Shown: one piece after another, positions 20,637-31,300 of the stretch
Position numbering within the stretch: position 1 is the stretch's first letter
Layout: each line of letters begins with the position of its first letter
NCBI GenBank assembly: GCA_002269645.1
Contig: NIVC01002675.1
Coordinates: 86,390 to 150,389 of the forward strand
Origin: Macrostomum lignano
Lineage: Eukaryota
Direction: 5' to 3'
Length of the DNA stretch: 64,000 nucleotides
Made by a program: the position numbers and the translations under genes
The notes under the pieces: generated by a model
What the model saw: only the letters and a program-made list of their open reading frames with translations
Database searches by the model: none
Told to the model about the DNA's origin: nothing

Positions 20637-23600
20637 TTAAAGCAGCGCGGACATCCGCGTCAGTCGAACGCTGCACGGTCGCAGGTGTTCCCGAATCACG
20701 TGACCAACAAAATTCGGGCCGACCAGGAATCGTTTAGCACAGATCGGACACCTGGAGTTAGTTAGGGCACCGGTGATTCAACAGTTTAGACCTTTGATTT
20801 GATTATTATTCAAGGTCATTGTTGAGAATACTTTGAGAATAGTAAACAGAACACGAACTGCTGGGCACTGAGAGGATCGCTAGCTAGTGTTGCAAATTGA
20901 GCAGACAGATTTGGCCCAATGACTACTCAAGTAGAAAAACGGGAAGCCTTGTTTCTTATACATATCAAAAGATGAACATGAGGTCTGCTTCCTATCAAAA
21001 GCAATAACAATTTTCTATCTCTGGAGTGTATTTTTTGGAAAACCTAGAATATAAAATTTTCCAAGAAACATACAGTTTCCAGTCCTTCTACTTGAGTAGT
21101 CCTTGACTTTGCCATGACTAGTGCTTTCACACCTTCGACTTGGGATCACTGGATTCGGGACTGGGATCTTTCCACTAGGGATTTCGATATGTCAGGATTT
21201 ATAATTTGAATCTATTCAGGACTTGAACATTGGGGATGCTATGTAGATGTACATTTTGAGTTCCCCAATTATCAGGGAGGTCTGACATGCGCTATTCAAT
21301 AGTAATGTTAAGCGCTGAAATCCTGCTGTTCGATTCAATGCAACTCGCCTGTCCATGTCGGCCCCGTGCGCCACCCTCAGGTGGGCCAGCCAGGCCTCGC
21401 GGCAGAGGAATTCAACGCCTGGTCGGCCCAGCCGGCGGCACCGTCGGCAGGTGAGGCGGTGCCCGCTGACGGCGGCGTGTCTTGTCAGCGACTGCGGCTC
21501 GGAAAAGCTCGCCTGACAGGCGAGGCAGTTGAACCGCTGCAGATTTGACAGGCGCCGCCGATGGTCGAAGTGCAGCTCGCCGCCGCGCAGGCCGACAGAG
21601 CGAAGGCCGTGCCGGCTGCCCAGGTGCCGAAGCAGGTCGGCAACCGAGGGGAAGCCACCGAGACGACAGGCGGCGCCAGCTGCAGCCGCAGGCGGGCAGA
21701 TCGGGCAGTGCAGCTTGGCCAGGCGGTCCAGCAGCTCCGCAGGGTGCCGCAGGCGGAGATGGGCGCACAGAGCCTCGGCGTCGGCAAGTCGGCAGCCGCA
21801 GTGCCGGCAGCTCGGCCGAGACTCCGCTAGGCAGCTGGCGCCGCCGCCCCAGGCCAGGTGCAGCGCCATGCCGCTCCTAGTGAGAAATCGGCGCCCACAG
21901 CCGGGGCAGCGCCGGCCGGCGGGCGAGCGGAGCGCCGCCTCGAGCCGGTCTGGCGGCTCCCGGAAGCCGTGGGCGGAGCGCAGGTGATGGGCCAGAGAGC
22001 GGAAGGAGCGGACGGCGCCCCGGCACAGCTCGCACAGCACAAAAGGCGGCCGGTCTGGCCCGGCTGCGGGTGTGAAAGAGGGGAGTAGGACTCAGGACAT
22101 GATTTGGGACTTAGACTTTCACTGGAATCTCAGGATTTGAATTGGGACTGAAGGAATTTCTTTGGGATCTCATGATTTGGGACTGCAGGACTTTCTCTGG
22201 GATCTCCGGATTCGGGACTGCAGGACTTTCCCTGGGATCTCTGGATTCGGGACTGCAGGACTTTCCCTGGGATCTCTGGATTCGGGACTGCAGGACTTTC
22301 CCTGGGATCTCTGGATTCGGGACTGCAGGACTTTCCCTGGGATCTCTGGATTCGGGACTGCAGGACTTTCCCTGGGATCTCGGGATTTTTATCGGTACTG
22401 GAACTTCCTCTAGGGATCTTAGAATTTGGGAGTTCAGTTAGGACCGCGACTTGGGATCTTGAAATTGAAGTCAAACGAAGATTCTAAGGCTAGGTGATCA
22501 TGCTTTAACTGGGATTCAGACTGCAACTTTAAGGTCGAAAGCAGCTGGCTCACCATAGTTCCGCAGGCGCACAGGTTGGGCCGAAAAACTTCGCATTGGC
22601 GGCTGCCACCACAAATTCTGCCTATCTGCACTAACACTAGCACTATCATTAGCATTAGCACTAGCCACAGCAGCCTGAGACATTACAATTCTCTTCCCAT
22701 AGAAAGTGCCCCGCTCCAGTCTACCGTGCATTTCGGTGACGCCAAACAGGTGCAAACTGTCCAGCTGCAGACAGCAGGCAACCGGTTGAGATTCAACAGC
22801 GTCGGGCGCCAGAGGCCGCGACCCCAGGCCGGGACAGGCGTGCCTAAAGAATTCACCGGGCGTGGCGCAGTCGCTGACGCAGAGTTCGCACTGGTAGGCG
22901 CCTGGCAGCGCCGGCGGCAGTCCGGGCAGACGGTGGCCGCTGCGCATGTGCGAACGAAAGGTTTCGGGATCGCGGCAGCTGAACTTGTCCAGGGCGCACC
23001 TGGGATTGGGGCGGTAAGATGAGTTTGCACATGAATAGCAGTATGGTTAGACTTGCAGTTAGACTAGTAAAATACCCGAGATAAACTACCACCTAAAAAA
23101 AAGATAAAAAAGGGGGGGGGGCCGTAGCCCAGCGGTAGCGCAGCTGCTCTGGTGTGCCGCGACCCAGGCTCGATTCCAAGTGCAGCCACATTAATTTGGG
23201 GCGGAATTAGAATTTCGGCTTGGCTGGCTTGTGCAATTAACGGCCTTGAGAGCCAACCCAAGGCACAGTGAAGTGTACATGCCTAACGATTGATAAAGTT
23301 AGGGCCGCTGTACACTCCTGTGTGAGTGTGTGCCTGCGTACGTATCCGCGCGCTTGTATGCCTGCTCAGGGGAGTCGGCGGAATGGGCAGCAATGCCTCT
23401 CGCCGGTTGTGTGCCTATGTCGCTTCAAGTGCGCCAGGGTGCACACAACCCCCCTGCCTCTAATAAAAAAATAGACTAGTAAAATACCCGAGATAAACTA
23501 CCTGATCAATGGTCAATATAAAGCCTAGCATACATGCGCAACCTTGGGAATCACCCGGCCGTTTCTATTGGCAACACACGCACACATGTAAGTCGCTATT

Positions 23601-24734
23601 GGCTGAGAGCAGTCACGTGACCACTATTCTGTCCAATTACGACTTTATCTACATAATGCAATCGTTACACTCCGAGTAAGGTGTGTTAGACGCACCGGGG
23701 GGGGGGGTGCGGTACACGCCTCTGTACTCCGGTGGGGGTTGAAGTGTGGGTTGTTGGCCACGCCGGCCGGTTTTAAGCTCCAGCACCCGGCCCGTTATTT
23801 ATACAAATAGCTCCCTCAAAAGAATGCTTAAACTTTTACATAATACACTGCCTACATACCATAGACCATTTATATCATTGAAAATACTAAAATATAGAAA
23901 ATATTTACTTTGTTATTGCAATATAATATTAAAACACTACAAATAGTTGTTATATTTGTATCCTTGAGCAAGGCACTTAACTTTGCATTGCTTCAGTCCA
24001 CCCATCTGTAAAATGGGTGCCAGCATTAGCTGGGGTAATTGAGGGTGTGTTTGGCGACCTCCCAGTCCTTGGACTGAACAGCCGTACGCAGCCTTCAGAT
24101 GCGCTGCGCAATAGCTGCGGCTGAGCTGTCGGTTGCACATTTGGCCCAATTGGGGCAGGTGCAGTCAATTGTTATTATTATGCACTACTAAACTGCCAAG
24201 CGTGACTGATGAGGCCCTTTAGTCTCACCTGTACAGACCCTCCGGGCTGAGGTGGCCGCGCTGGTAGTGCAGCAGCACGGCCAGCTCCGTGTCCGCTCGG
24301 AACGGACAGGTGGCGCATCGAAATCGAAACGGCGTAACCAGGTGCGAAACTGTGGGCAGCTTCTGATCTTCATCAGCAGCGTCACGCCGATCCCTAGCAG
24401 CTGGATAATGATGCAGCACCAAGGCCAGGCCGATGTCGCGCAGGAAGCTGGCCACGGGTCTCAGCTCCCTGCCGCAGCCACTTGCAAGCAGTTGAAGATT
24501 TTTAGTGTGCACAAATATGTCCCCAACGCGGTGCCGCACCATGCTGTAGTTCAGCAGCACCAGCTCGTCATCGGGCTGGAGAGCCGCTTCGCCTTCGCAA
24601 CAGGGAGCGGCGGCTGCTGCCAACGAAGCTGCAGGTGCTGCTGGGCCATCGACAGTGGAATCCTCATTGTTGCTCAGATCAATCACTTCCTGAGCCTGGC
24701 CTTTGCAGACTCCATCATCTGCTAGCATGGCCAT
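20637..24734 (-). CDS. Multi-C2H2 zinc-finger protein, 5 coding exons (24734-24229, 22999-22687, 22617-22554, 22063-21349, 20751-20637)
   Basis: Repeated CxxC...H..H fingers (CELC..HLRSAH, CRHC..HLRLRH, CLAC..HAAVSGH, CPIC..HVIREH); splice phases give a continuous frame, with intron 4 GC-AG. Confidence 0.82.
22090..22470. repeat. 35-bp minisatellite in ZNF intron 3
   Basis: GGGACTGCAGGACTTTCCCTGGGATCTCTGGATTC units. Confidence 0.92.
23112..23471 (+). mobile_element. tRNA-derived SINE with 31-bp target-site duplication, in ZNF intron 1
   Basis: A-box TAGCCCAGCGGTAG, B-box GGCTCGATTCC, A-rich tail; TAGACTAGTAAAATACCCGAGATAAACTACC at 23060-23090 and 23472-23502; second copy at 54156-54532. Confidence 0.88.
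23950..24182 (+). mobile_element. 5'-truncated CORE-type SINE
   Basis: GTATCCTTGAGCAAGGCACTTAAC...CTTCAGTCCACCCATCTGTAAAATGGG matches the CORE domain; (TTA)n tail. Confidence 0.7.
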
Positions 24735-26469
24735 TCAGCAACAAAAATGTGGATAGCTTAAGGCTAGAACAGTGAGATCTGATCAATGATCACTCGCTCT
24801 ATAATCTCACTTTATGTACTTTTTAATAACATGAATTCACAATTTTCAGCTTTTCTGTAATAAAGGATCAGTTCAGTTCACTTTCAGTTCAGTAGTAAGT
24901 TTAACAGAAGCATTTTAATGTATTTTAAAGCCAACTTTAATTTACTGGCTCTTACCCCCGGCTTAAACCTTTCAACCGCACTTTTCAATACCCCCACACC
25001 ACCCCACTTTTTATTAGGTCTTCCTTGGTTGTTCATTGGCCAAAATCTGCCTTGTATATTTCAGTGGAAAATGTACATTGTGACTGAACCAATTAGCAAG
25101 CTTGACTTCTAAACTTATCACCACCCCAATATTGACACCTGCCATCTGTTTTCTATTGTATTATGCTATATATCATACCTTAGTTTTTATAATTTTCTAA
25201 AATCTTGTGCCTTAATCTCAAAATCTTTTTCATTTTTCACTTTGCAATTGCATTGTTATTGAAATAAAGACTCATGTTATTGGGTCATGGCTAGTCATTT
25301 AACATTTGTTATAATCCTATATAATAACCATACTAGTATCTGCCAAGCCAATAAACTTGTTTTCTTGTTTAAAAAATCAAGTATTAATTGTTATATATTT
25401 CTTAGTTATTTAATTCCTTTTTATCTTGACCTATCCTATAAATGCTATAAACTCTAGGCTAATATCTAGGTCTACTTTATTGTTATTACTTTGTTTAGGT
25501 ATACTTTTAGGTTGGAAATTGAAGTTGGCATATAGTTGATTTTCATAAGGCCAATGCTAAAGAAATTATAAGGGCTATCCAAGAATAGTATTACTTTTAA
25601 AGATCTTTCCTTCTGATGATCCAAAAAACATTTGCTATTTTGTTTTTTAGACATAGCAAAAATAAAAGAACAAAAAAGCAATGAAACTAAAACCTAGTAA
25701 GAAATATTCTGCTGCTTTAAAAGTTTTGTTTTTTTTTTTATAGATATCTCTTTATCATAGCTGCTTAACAAAGAAGTTTAAATGTATTCAATCAAGTTCT
25801 TTTGCTACTTTTCACTAGCTTATTTAACTTACTCTAAGTCTATAGTTAAGTTCCTGCCATCTGCTAGAGTTTCTACAAAAAATGTGTACAAATGTTATTT
25901 GGATCATCAGAACAAAATGAAAATTAAAAGTGATATTATTTTTCAAGATAGGTCAAGTGTTATTCTAGTATGTGGCACTTTTTAGTATTATATATATATA
26001 TTGATATAAAATATCCATTTATTACAATACTAGACCTTTTCTAAGTCTATTTATGACCTTTTGATTTTACATAACCCTTACGCCCTAAAGAAAGACCCCT
26101 TGGCAATTTTTTTTTGTATTTTTTATATACTAGCCATAGTCAGAAAGGTGCACCATGTGTAAAGGAATAAATTTCACTTTGTATCATCATGTGCCATGCA
26201 CTAAAGCAATTTAATTAATTGTGTTATGCACTAGTATTGAGGTTGTAAAATTCCAAAAACAAAGTTTAAAAAGCTACTTATAGATTTATTCTAACTCCTA
26301 GATCAATCACTTGCAAAGGCTTCATTTCTGTCTAATTTGAATTTGTTTGTCCTAATAACAATATTAATAATTGTCATATAAGTTTTCATTGTAAATTGTA
26401 AATATTGTTATATAAATTGTGATTATAATTATAACAAAGAAATTCAGGTAAAGTTGCTTGCTTGGCAAG

Positions 26470-27211
26470 TAGTGATGGATTGAAATTATTTTTCAAATCG
26501 AAATTGAAATCGAAATTTTCGGTTCCTTAGAATTGAAATTGAAATTAAAATCGAAATCGAAATCGAAATTTTTGAGCTTAACTAATTTTTACTTTTTCAC
26601 TAATCATGCAAAAAGGTTAACACCTTGCCTCTGCATGTATGAGCTGACATGTTTTATAAAAAGTATCTTTGATATGTTCAAACCAGAATACTTAAGATTT
26701 AACTTACTTTAAAAATACAAAATAGAAAATGCTGGTATATTATGTATTATACACTCGTACATTGAAATATAGTAGAAGTTGTATTATACTTCACCGCTGT
26801 TTAAGCTGAAGATCTAGATACGAGTAGCCTATATCCATTTCATTAAGGCTTTAAGTCTTTAGCCAATTAAAATCCACGCCGATGAGTTCAGCCAGTGGGC
26901 TTGTGGAGGTTGAGGTGGGTGCAGCACAAGGCCTGGAACAGTGTGTGCCCCCGCACAATCTTTCTTGTAGAAAAGGCGATTCTCACCTCCCCACTGAGTC
27001 TTTGAACCGCACTTCCTTTCACTTCCTATAGATTTTCTTCCTTGTGTAGCATGATCATCAATGTCTAAATTGTTAAAATATAACCAAAATTTCGATATGA
27101 TTTTCGATGAATGGTGTCGAAATTTGAAATCGAAATCGAAATTATTTCGATGCAAAATTAGTTTTGAAATTCGGAATATCGAAATCGAAATCGAATTTCA
27201 ATCTATCACTA
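26470..27211. mobile_element. Non-autonomous hAT-like element (MITE)
   Basis: TIRs TAGTGATGGATTGAAAT / ATTTCAATCTATCACTA; 8-bp TSD TTGGCAAG (26462-26469, 27212-27219); (ATCGAA)n subterminal repeats. Confidence 0.85.
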
Positions 27212-27249
27212 TTGGCAAGCAGGATAAATAGGAAGGCGAAAATCAACAT

Positions 27250-27298
27250 TTAATTAACGATGCATTTTGCATGATATTGTGCATATTCAGGTTTATTT
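27250..27298 (-). ncRNA. Second, more decayed hammerhead copy in the inverted 5' terminal repeat
   Basis: Reverse complement reads CTGAATA-T-GCAC-aatatc-ATGC-AAAA-TGCATC. Confidence 0.5.
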
Positions 27299-28869
27299 TT
27301 GAGCAAAAAAAATGAGTGAGATTGGCAAGAAATAAATACAAAATTTTGGGTTGTAAATTCAATCAATATTTTATATATAAAGTACATGTTTGTTGGTTCA
27401 GAAGCTGAGAGGCAAAGTCCAGGGATGGAATGATAGTCAAAATAGTTAGAAGTTTAGAAATAACTAGAATTAATAGTTAGTTCCATCCCTAGACTTTGCC
27501 TAGATTCACGAAACACTTATTTGAAAGCAACTTAAACTCAATTGCCACAAACATCAGACCCTGCAAAGTCAAATTTGAGGTTTGAAAGATAACCTAAGAC
27601 CTAGACTAGGTCTCATCACTTTCTCTGTCCTATGCCACCTCATCAACAAGAAGACTAGCCACAACATTGCCGCAGAAAAGACCAGACTAGAAAAGAAGCT
27701 CCAAAAAAGAAGACTGTCTCATTGGGAAACCAATGATTGGATGACTCTTGACTGCACACCCAAATTCTATAGGCGGTATGTTGACAATACCTTTACCATC
27801 TTTGATAACAAGAACAAAATTGACCATTTCTTCAACACTCTCAACTCTACTCACACTAACATCAAGTTCACTTCTGAGGTTGCTTCCAACCAGAGGCTCC
27901 TGTTCCTTGACCTTGACCTTGATTTTAATTGCAGAACCTTTCCACCAAAGTTTTTTAGAAAAGCATGCTTACTAATCTCATCCGCAACTTCAATTTTTTA
28001 TGTCCAAGACAGTGGAAATCTGGCCTGATTAGATGTTTGCTTCATAGAGCTTTTAGTGTCTGCATTGCCTGGACTAACTTTGACCAAGAAGTGAATTTTC
28101 TGACAAAATGTTTTAACAAAATGGTTATCCTCGTGCGTTTATCCACTCTTACATTTGCAAATTTGTCTCTGAGAAAATTGCCAATCAGCCTAGCACTAAA
28201 GCCGATCACATCAATCTCAACGAACCAACTCTTGTCCTCCTTTTCTTTGGCTATCCTTCTTAACTTTTTAAAAATAAAATCTGCAAATTATTCTGCAACT
28301 CACTTAATTGCAACATCCGTGTCATCTTTTGTTCTGCTAAGGTTGGCAACTTTGTTGGTCGGTTGAAGTCACATGTTTCCTGTGCTCTTTGTGCTGGTGT
28401 CATTTATTAGTTCAACTGCTCTGATGACCAGAGCATCTCTTACGTGGGGAAAACAAAAAGGCACCTGCACACTAGAATCAGGGAGCACTAGCTTAAAAAC
28501 CGTCGGCTATCCAAAACCATCTCTTAGAGTGTAACAGTTGCTCTAACTGCAAACCCAAAGAGCGCTTCAAAGTCATTGATCAATGCTCATTTGACTTCAA
28601 ACTCCAGATACTTGAAGTGCTGTACATTAAAGAACATTCCCCCAACCTCAACATTCAACTCCAACATAGTGGCGCGGGACATGTCCCCCGTGTGTTCTGA
28701 GGGAAAGGGCACTAGATGTATATTATTATACTTCTAACTATTTAAACTATCATTTCATCTCGACTTCTGAACCAACAAACATGTACTTTATATATAAAAT
28801 ATTAATTGAATTTTTAACCCAAAATTTTGTATTTATTTCTTGCCAACCTCATTTATTTTTTTTGCTCAA

Positions 28870-28918
28870 AAATAAATCTGAAGATGTACAATATCGTGCG
28901 AAATGTGTCGCTAATTAA
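28870..28918 (+). ncRNA. Minimal type-I hammerhead ribozyme (CpG-decayed) in the PLE 3' terminal repeat
   Basis: CTGAAGA-T-GTAC-aatatc-GTGC-GAAA-TGTGTC; reconstructed ancestor GAAACGCGTC with a palindromic stem III. Confidence 0.65.
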
Positions 28919-29149
28919 ATTAAAAAAAATAGCAAAAACTTTTTATACTAATTAGGCCTATTTATCAAGGGAATCTAGGCCATATGCTAACTATGCCAAT
29001 TTGCAAATCCTTATTTCTCTTTTTGTACCAAATATACCAAAGAAATAGCTTATTTAATCTGGAAAATTTTGGTACAATCTACCATCTTGACTATGATATA
29101 TTAATACCAAAGAGAAATGTCAAGTTTTATGGCACTTGGTTTACATTTA

Positions 29150-31300
29150 GTAGGCCCTATGTCAAACATAAGATGCATTATGTAAAACATCAGAGACACT
29201 ATATAAAACATAAAATAAGTGTGATGTCAAACAAAAAGAAAGCATCATGTTGAACATAAAAGAGACATCATGTCAAGCATAAAGAAGCATCACCTTAAAC
29301 ATAAGAGTTATCATATGAAACATAAACAAAGTGTCATGTAACACTTAAAGAAACATTATGTCAAACATAAGAGTCACCATATAAGCATAAAAGTGGCACC
29401 AAATAAATAAAGCATGAGAGGAATGATGTAAAACAGGAGCACAAGAGATGCCCGCAGACGAATTGCCCGCCGAGATTTGCCTGCAGGAGATTTGCCCACC
29501 GAGCTTTTCCCGCGGAGATTTGCCCGCAGTGCATTTTGCCCTTGGAGATTTGCCCGCCGAGAATTGCCCGCCGAGATTTGCCCGCAATGCAGTTTGCCCG
29601 CGAGCGAGTTGCCCGCCGAGTTTTTTCCCGCCGAGGTTTGCCCGCAATGCTTTTTTCCTGCAGCGCATTTGGCAGCTAGATTCTGTCTGCATTGCCCCCC
29701 AAAAAAATATGCATTTGATATGCAGTTACTATCAAAACGTTTTGATCGTGTAAATCTCTTTATTGAGATTAACACATATTGGTTTTTGCGAGCTATCTCA
29801 GGCAAGGAGCAAGCAAACTCATCTATCCCATAGATTTCAATACGACGAAGGAGGTGGTTTGAACTGTAGACTATCACGTTTTTTCAACCAAACTCATCCA
29901 ACAGGCGAGCAATCTCAGCCATAGCTTGTCTGCCCATTCATTTCCTCTTCCCTTCTTTCTTTCCTCCTCCTCCAATGGCTCAGTTGCGACAAACATCCAA
30001 CTCCGACAGAGAGAAGCTAATCAACGCATGGAATGACGGACAAAATTTGAGCACTGCTTCACGCATTCTCGGGATAAAGCTGAAGACGTCCAGACATATA
30101 ATCTGGACTTACATAGCTACTGGAAGAATTGCTGCTCTCCAACGTGGCGGAATAAGGGAGGAATCAAGCAAGATTGATGTGCTGCTCTATCATAAAGTCT
30201 CTTATATACGAACCAATTAAATTTTTCGCTTAATAAACAAGCTATGGCTGAGATTGCTCACCCGTTGGATGAGTTTGGATGAAAAAACGTGATAGTCTAT
30301 GGTTCAAACCACTTCCTTCGTCATATTGAAATCTATGGGATGGATGAGTTTGCTTGCTCCTTGGAGCTCGCAAAAACCAATACTAAGCATTGGGAAGGCA
30401 ATGCAGACAAAATCTGCCGCGTCGCTAAATGCGCTGCAGGAAAAAAGCATTGCGGGCAAACCTCGGCGGGAAAAAACTCGGCGGGCAACTCGCTTGCGGG
30501 CAAATTGCACTGCGGGCAAATCTCGGCGGGCAATTCTTGGCAGGCAAATCTCCACGGGCAATTCACTCACGGGCAAAATGCACTGCAGGCAAATCTCCGC
30601 GGGAAAAGCTCGGCGGGCAAATCTCCACAGGCAAATCTCCTGCGGGCAAATCTCGGCGGGCAATTTGTCTGCGGGCAATTCTTATGGACCCATGTAAAAC
30701 ATAAGAGACACAATGTCAAACATAAAGAGGCACCATGTTAAACATCAAAAAGACCATGATACCATGTTAAATGTAAAAAGCATCAGGTGAAATGTGAGTT
30801 ATCATGTGAAATATAAACAAAGCACCATGTAACACTTGAAGAAGCATCATGTCAAACATAAGAGGCACCATGCAAAAAACAGAGGTGCCATGTCCAAAAT
30901 AAAAGAAGCATCTTGTTGGACATAAAAGTGGCACCTGGGGTCTCTTTTATGTAAAACATAAAAAAGAGACCCCATGTCAAACATAAAAAAGGGACCATGT
31001 AAATCATAAAAGACCCCATGTAAAATATAGGAGTTACAATAAAAAAGAGGCCCCATGTTAAACATAAAAGAAGCAGCATGTTGAACAAAGAAAAAGCATC
31101 ATGTAAAACATATAAGAGTCACCATGTAAAACATAAAAGAGTCACCATGTAAAACATAAGAGGCACCATACAAAACAAGAGGCACCATGTACTAAATAAA
31201 CAAAGCATTATATCAAACATAAAAGAAGTATCATATAAATCATAAAAGAGACACAATATAAAACATAAAACCATGTTAAACATAATAAGAGTCACTAAAG
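29150..31300. repeat. Degenerate AT-rich ~20-bp tandem repeat (CATGT(C/A)AAACATAAGAGGCAC-like), interrupted by the element at 29435-30691
   Basis: Recurring CATGT..AAACATAA units on both sides of the insertion. Confidence 0.75.
29435..30691. mobile_element. Foldback-like non-autonomous DNA transposon: ~470-490-bp TIRs with internal TTGCCCGCCGAGA repeats, central HTH fragment
   Basis: 29435-29930 is inverted relative to 30235-30691; ATGTAAAAC flanks both ends; ORF 29975-30220 resembles a transposase N-terminal HTH (DREKLINAW...ASRILGI..T..HII..Y..TG....RGG). Confidence 0.8.

Larger units (their letters stand above)
27248..28920 (+). mobile_element. Degenerate Penelope-like element (RT + GIY-YIG relic) bounded by ~200-bp inverted terminal repeats
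   Basis: FYRRYVDNTFTIF...LNSTHTNIKFT...FLDL (PLE RT); YVGKTKRHLHTRIREH (GIY-YIG); 27248-27470 is the reverse complement of ~28715-28920. Confidence 0.85.

Noticed and set aside
23112-23190. tRNA gene
   Set aside because: The cloverleaf is incomplete and continues into a SINE body with a TSD
28410-28440. CTGATGA hammerhead core
   Set aside because: Lies within GIY-YIG coding relic, with no GAAA or stems in register
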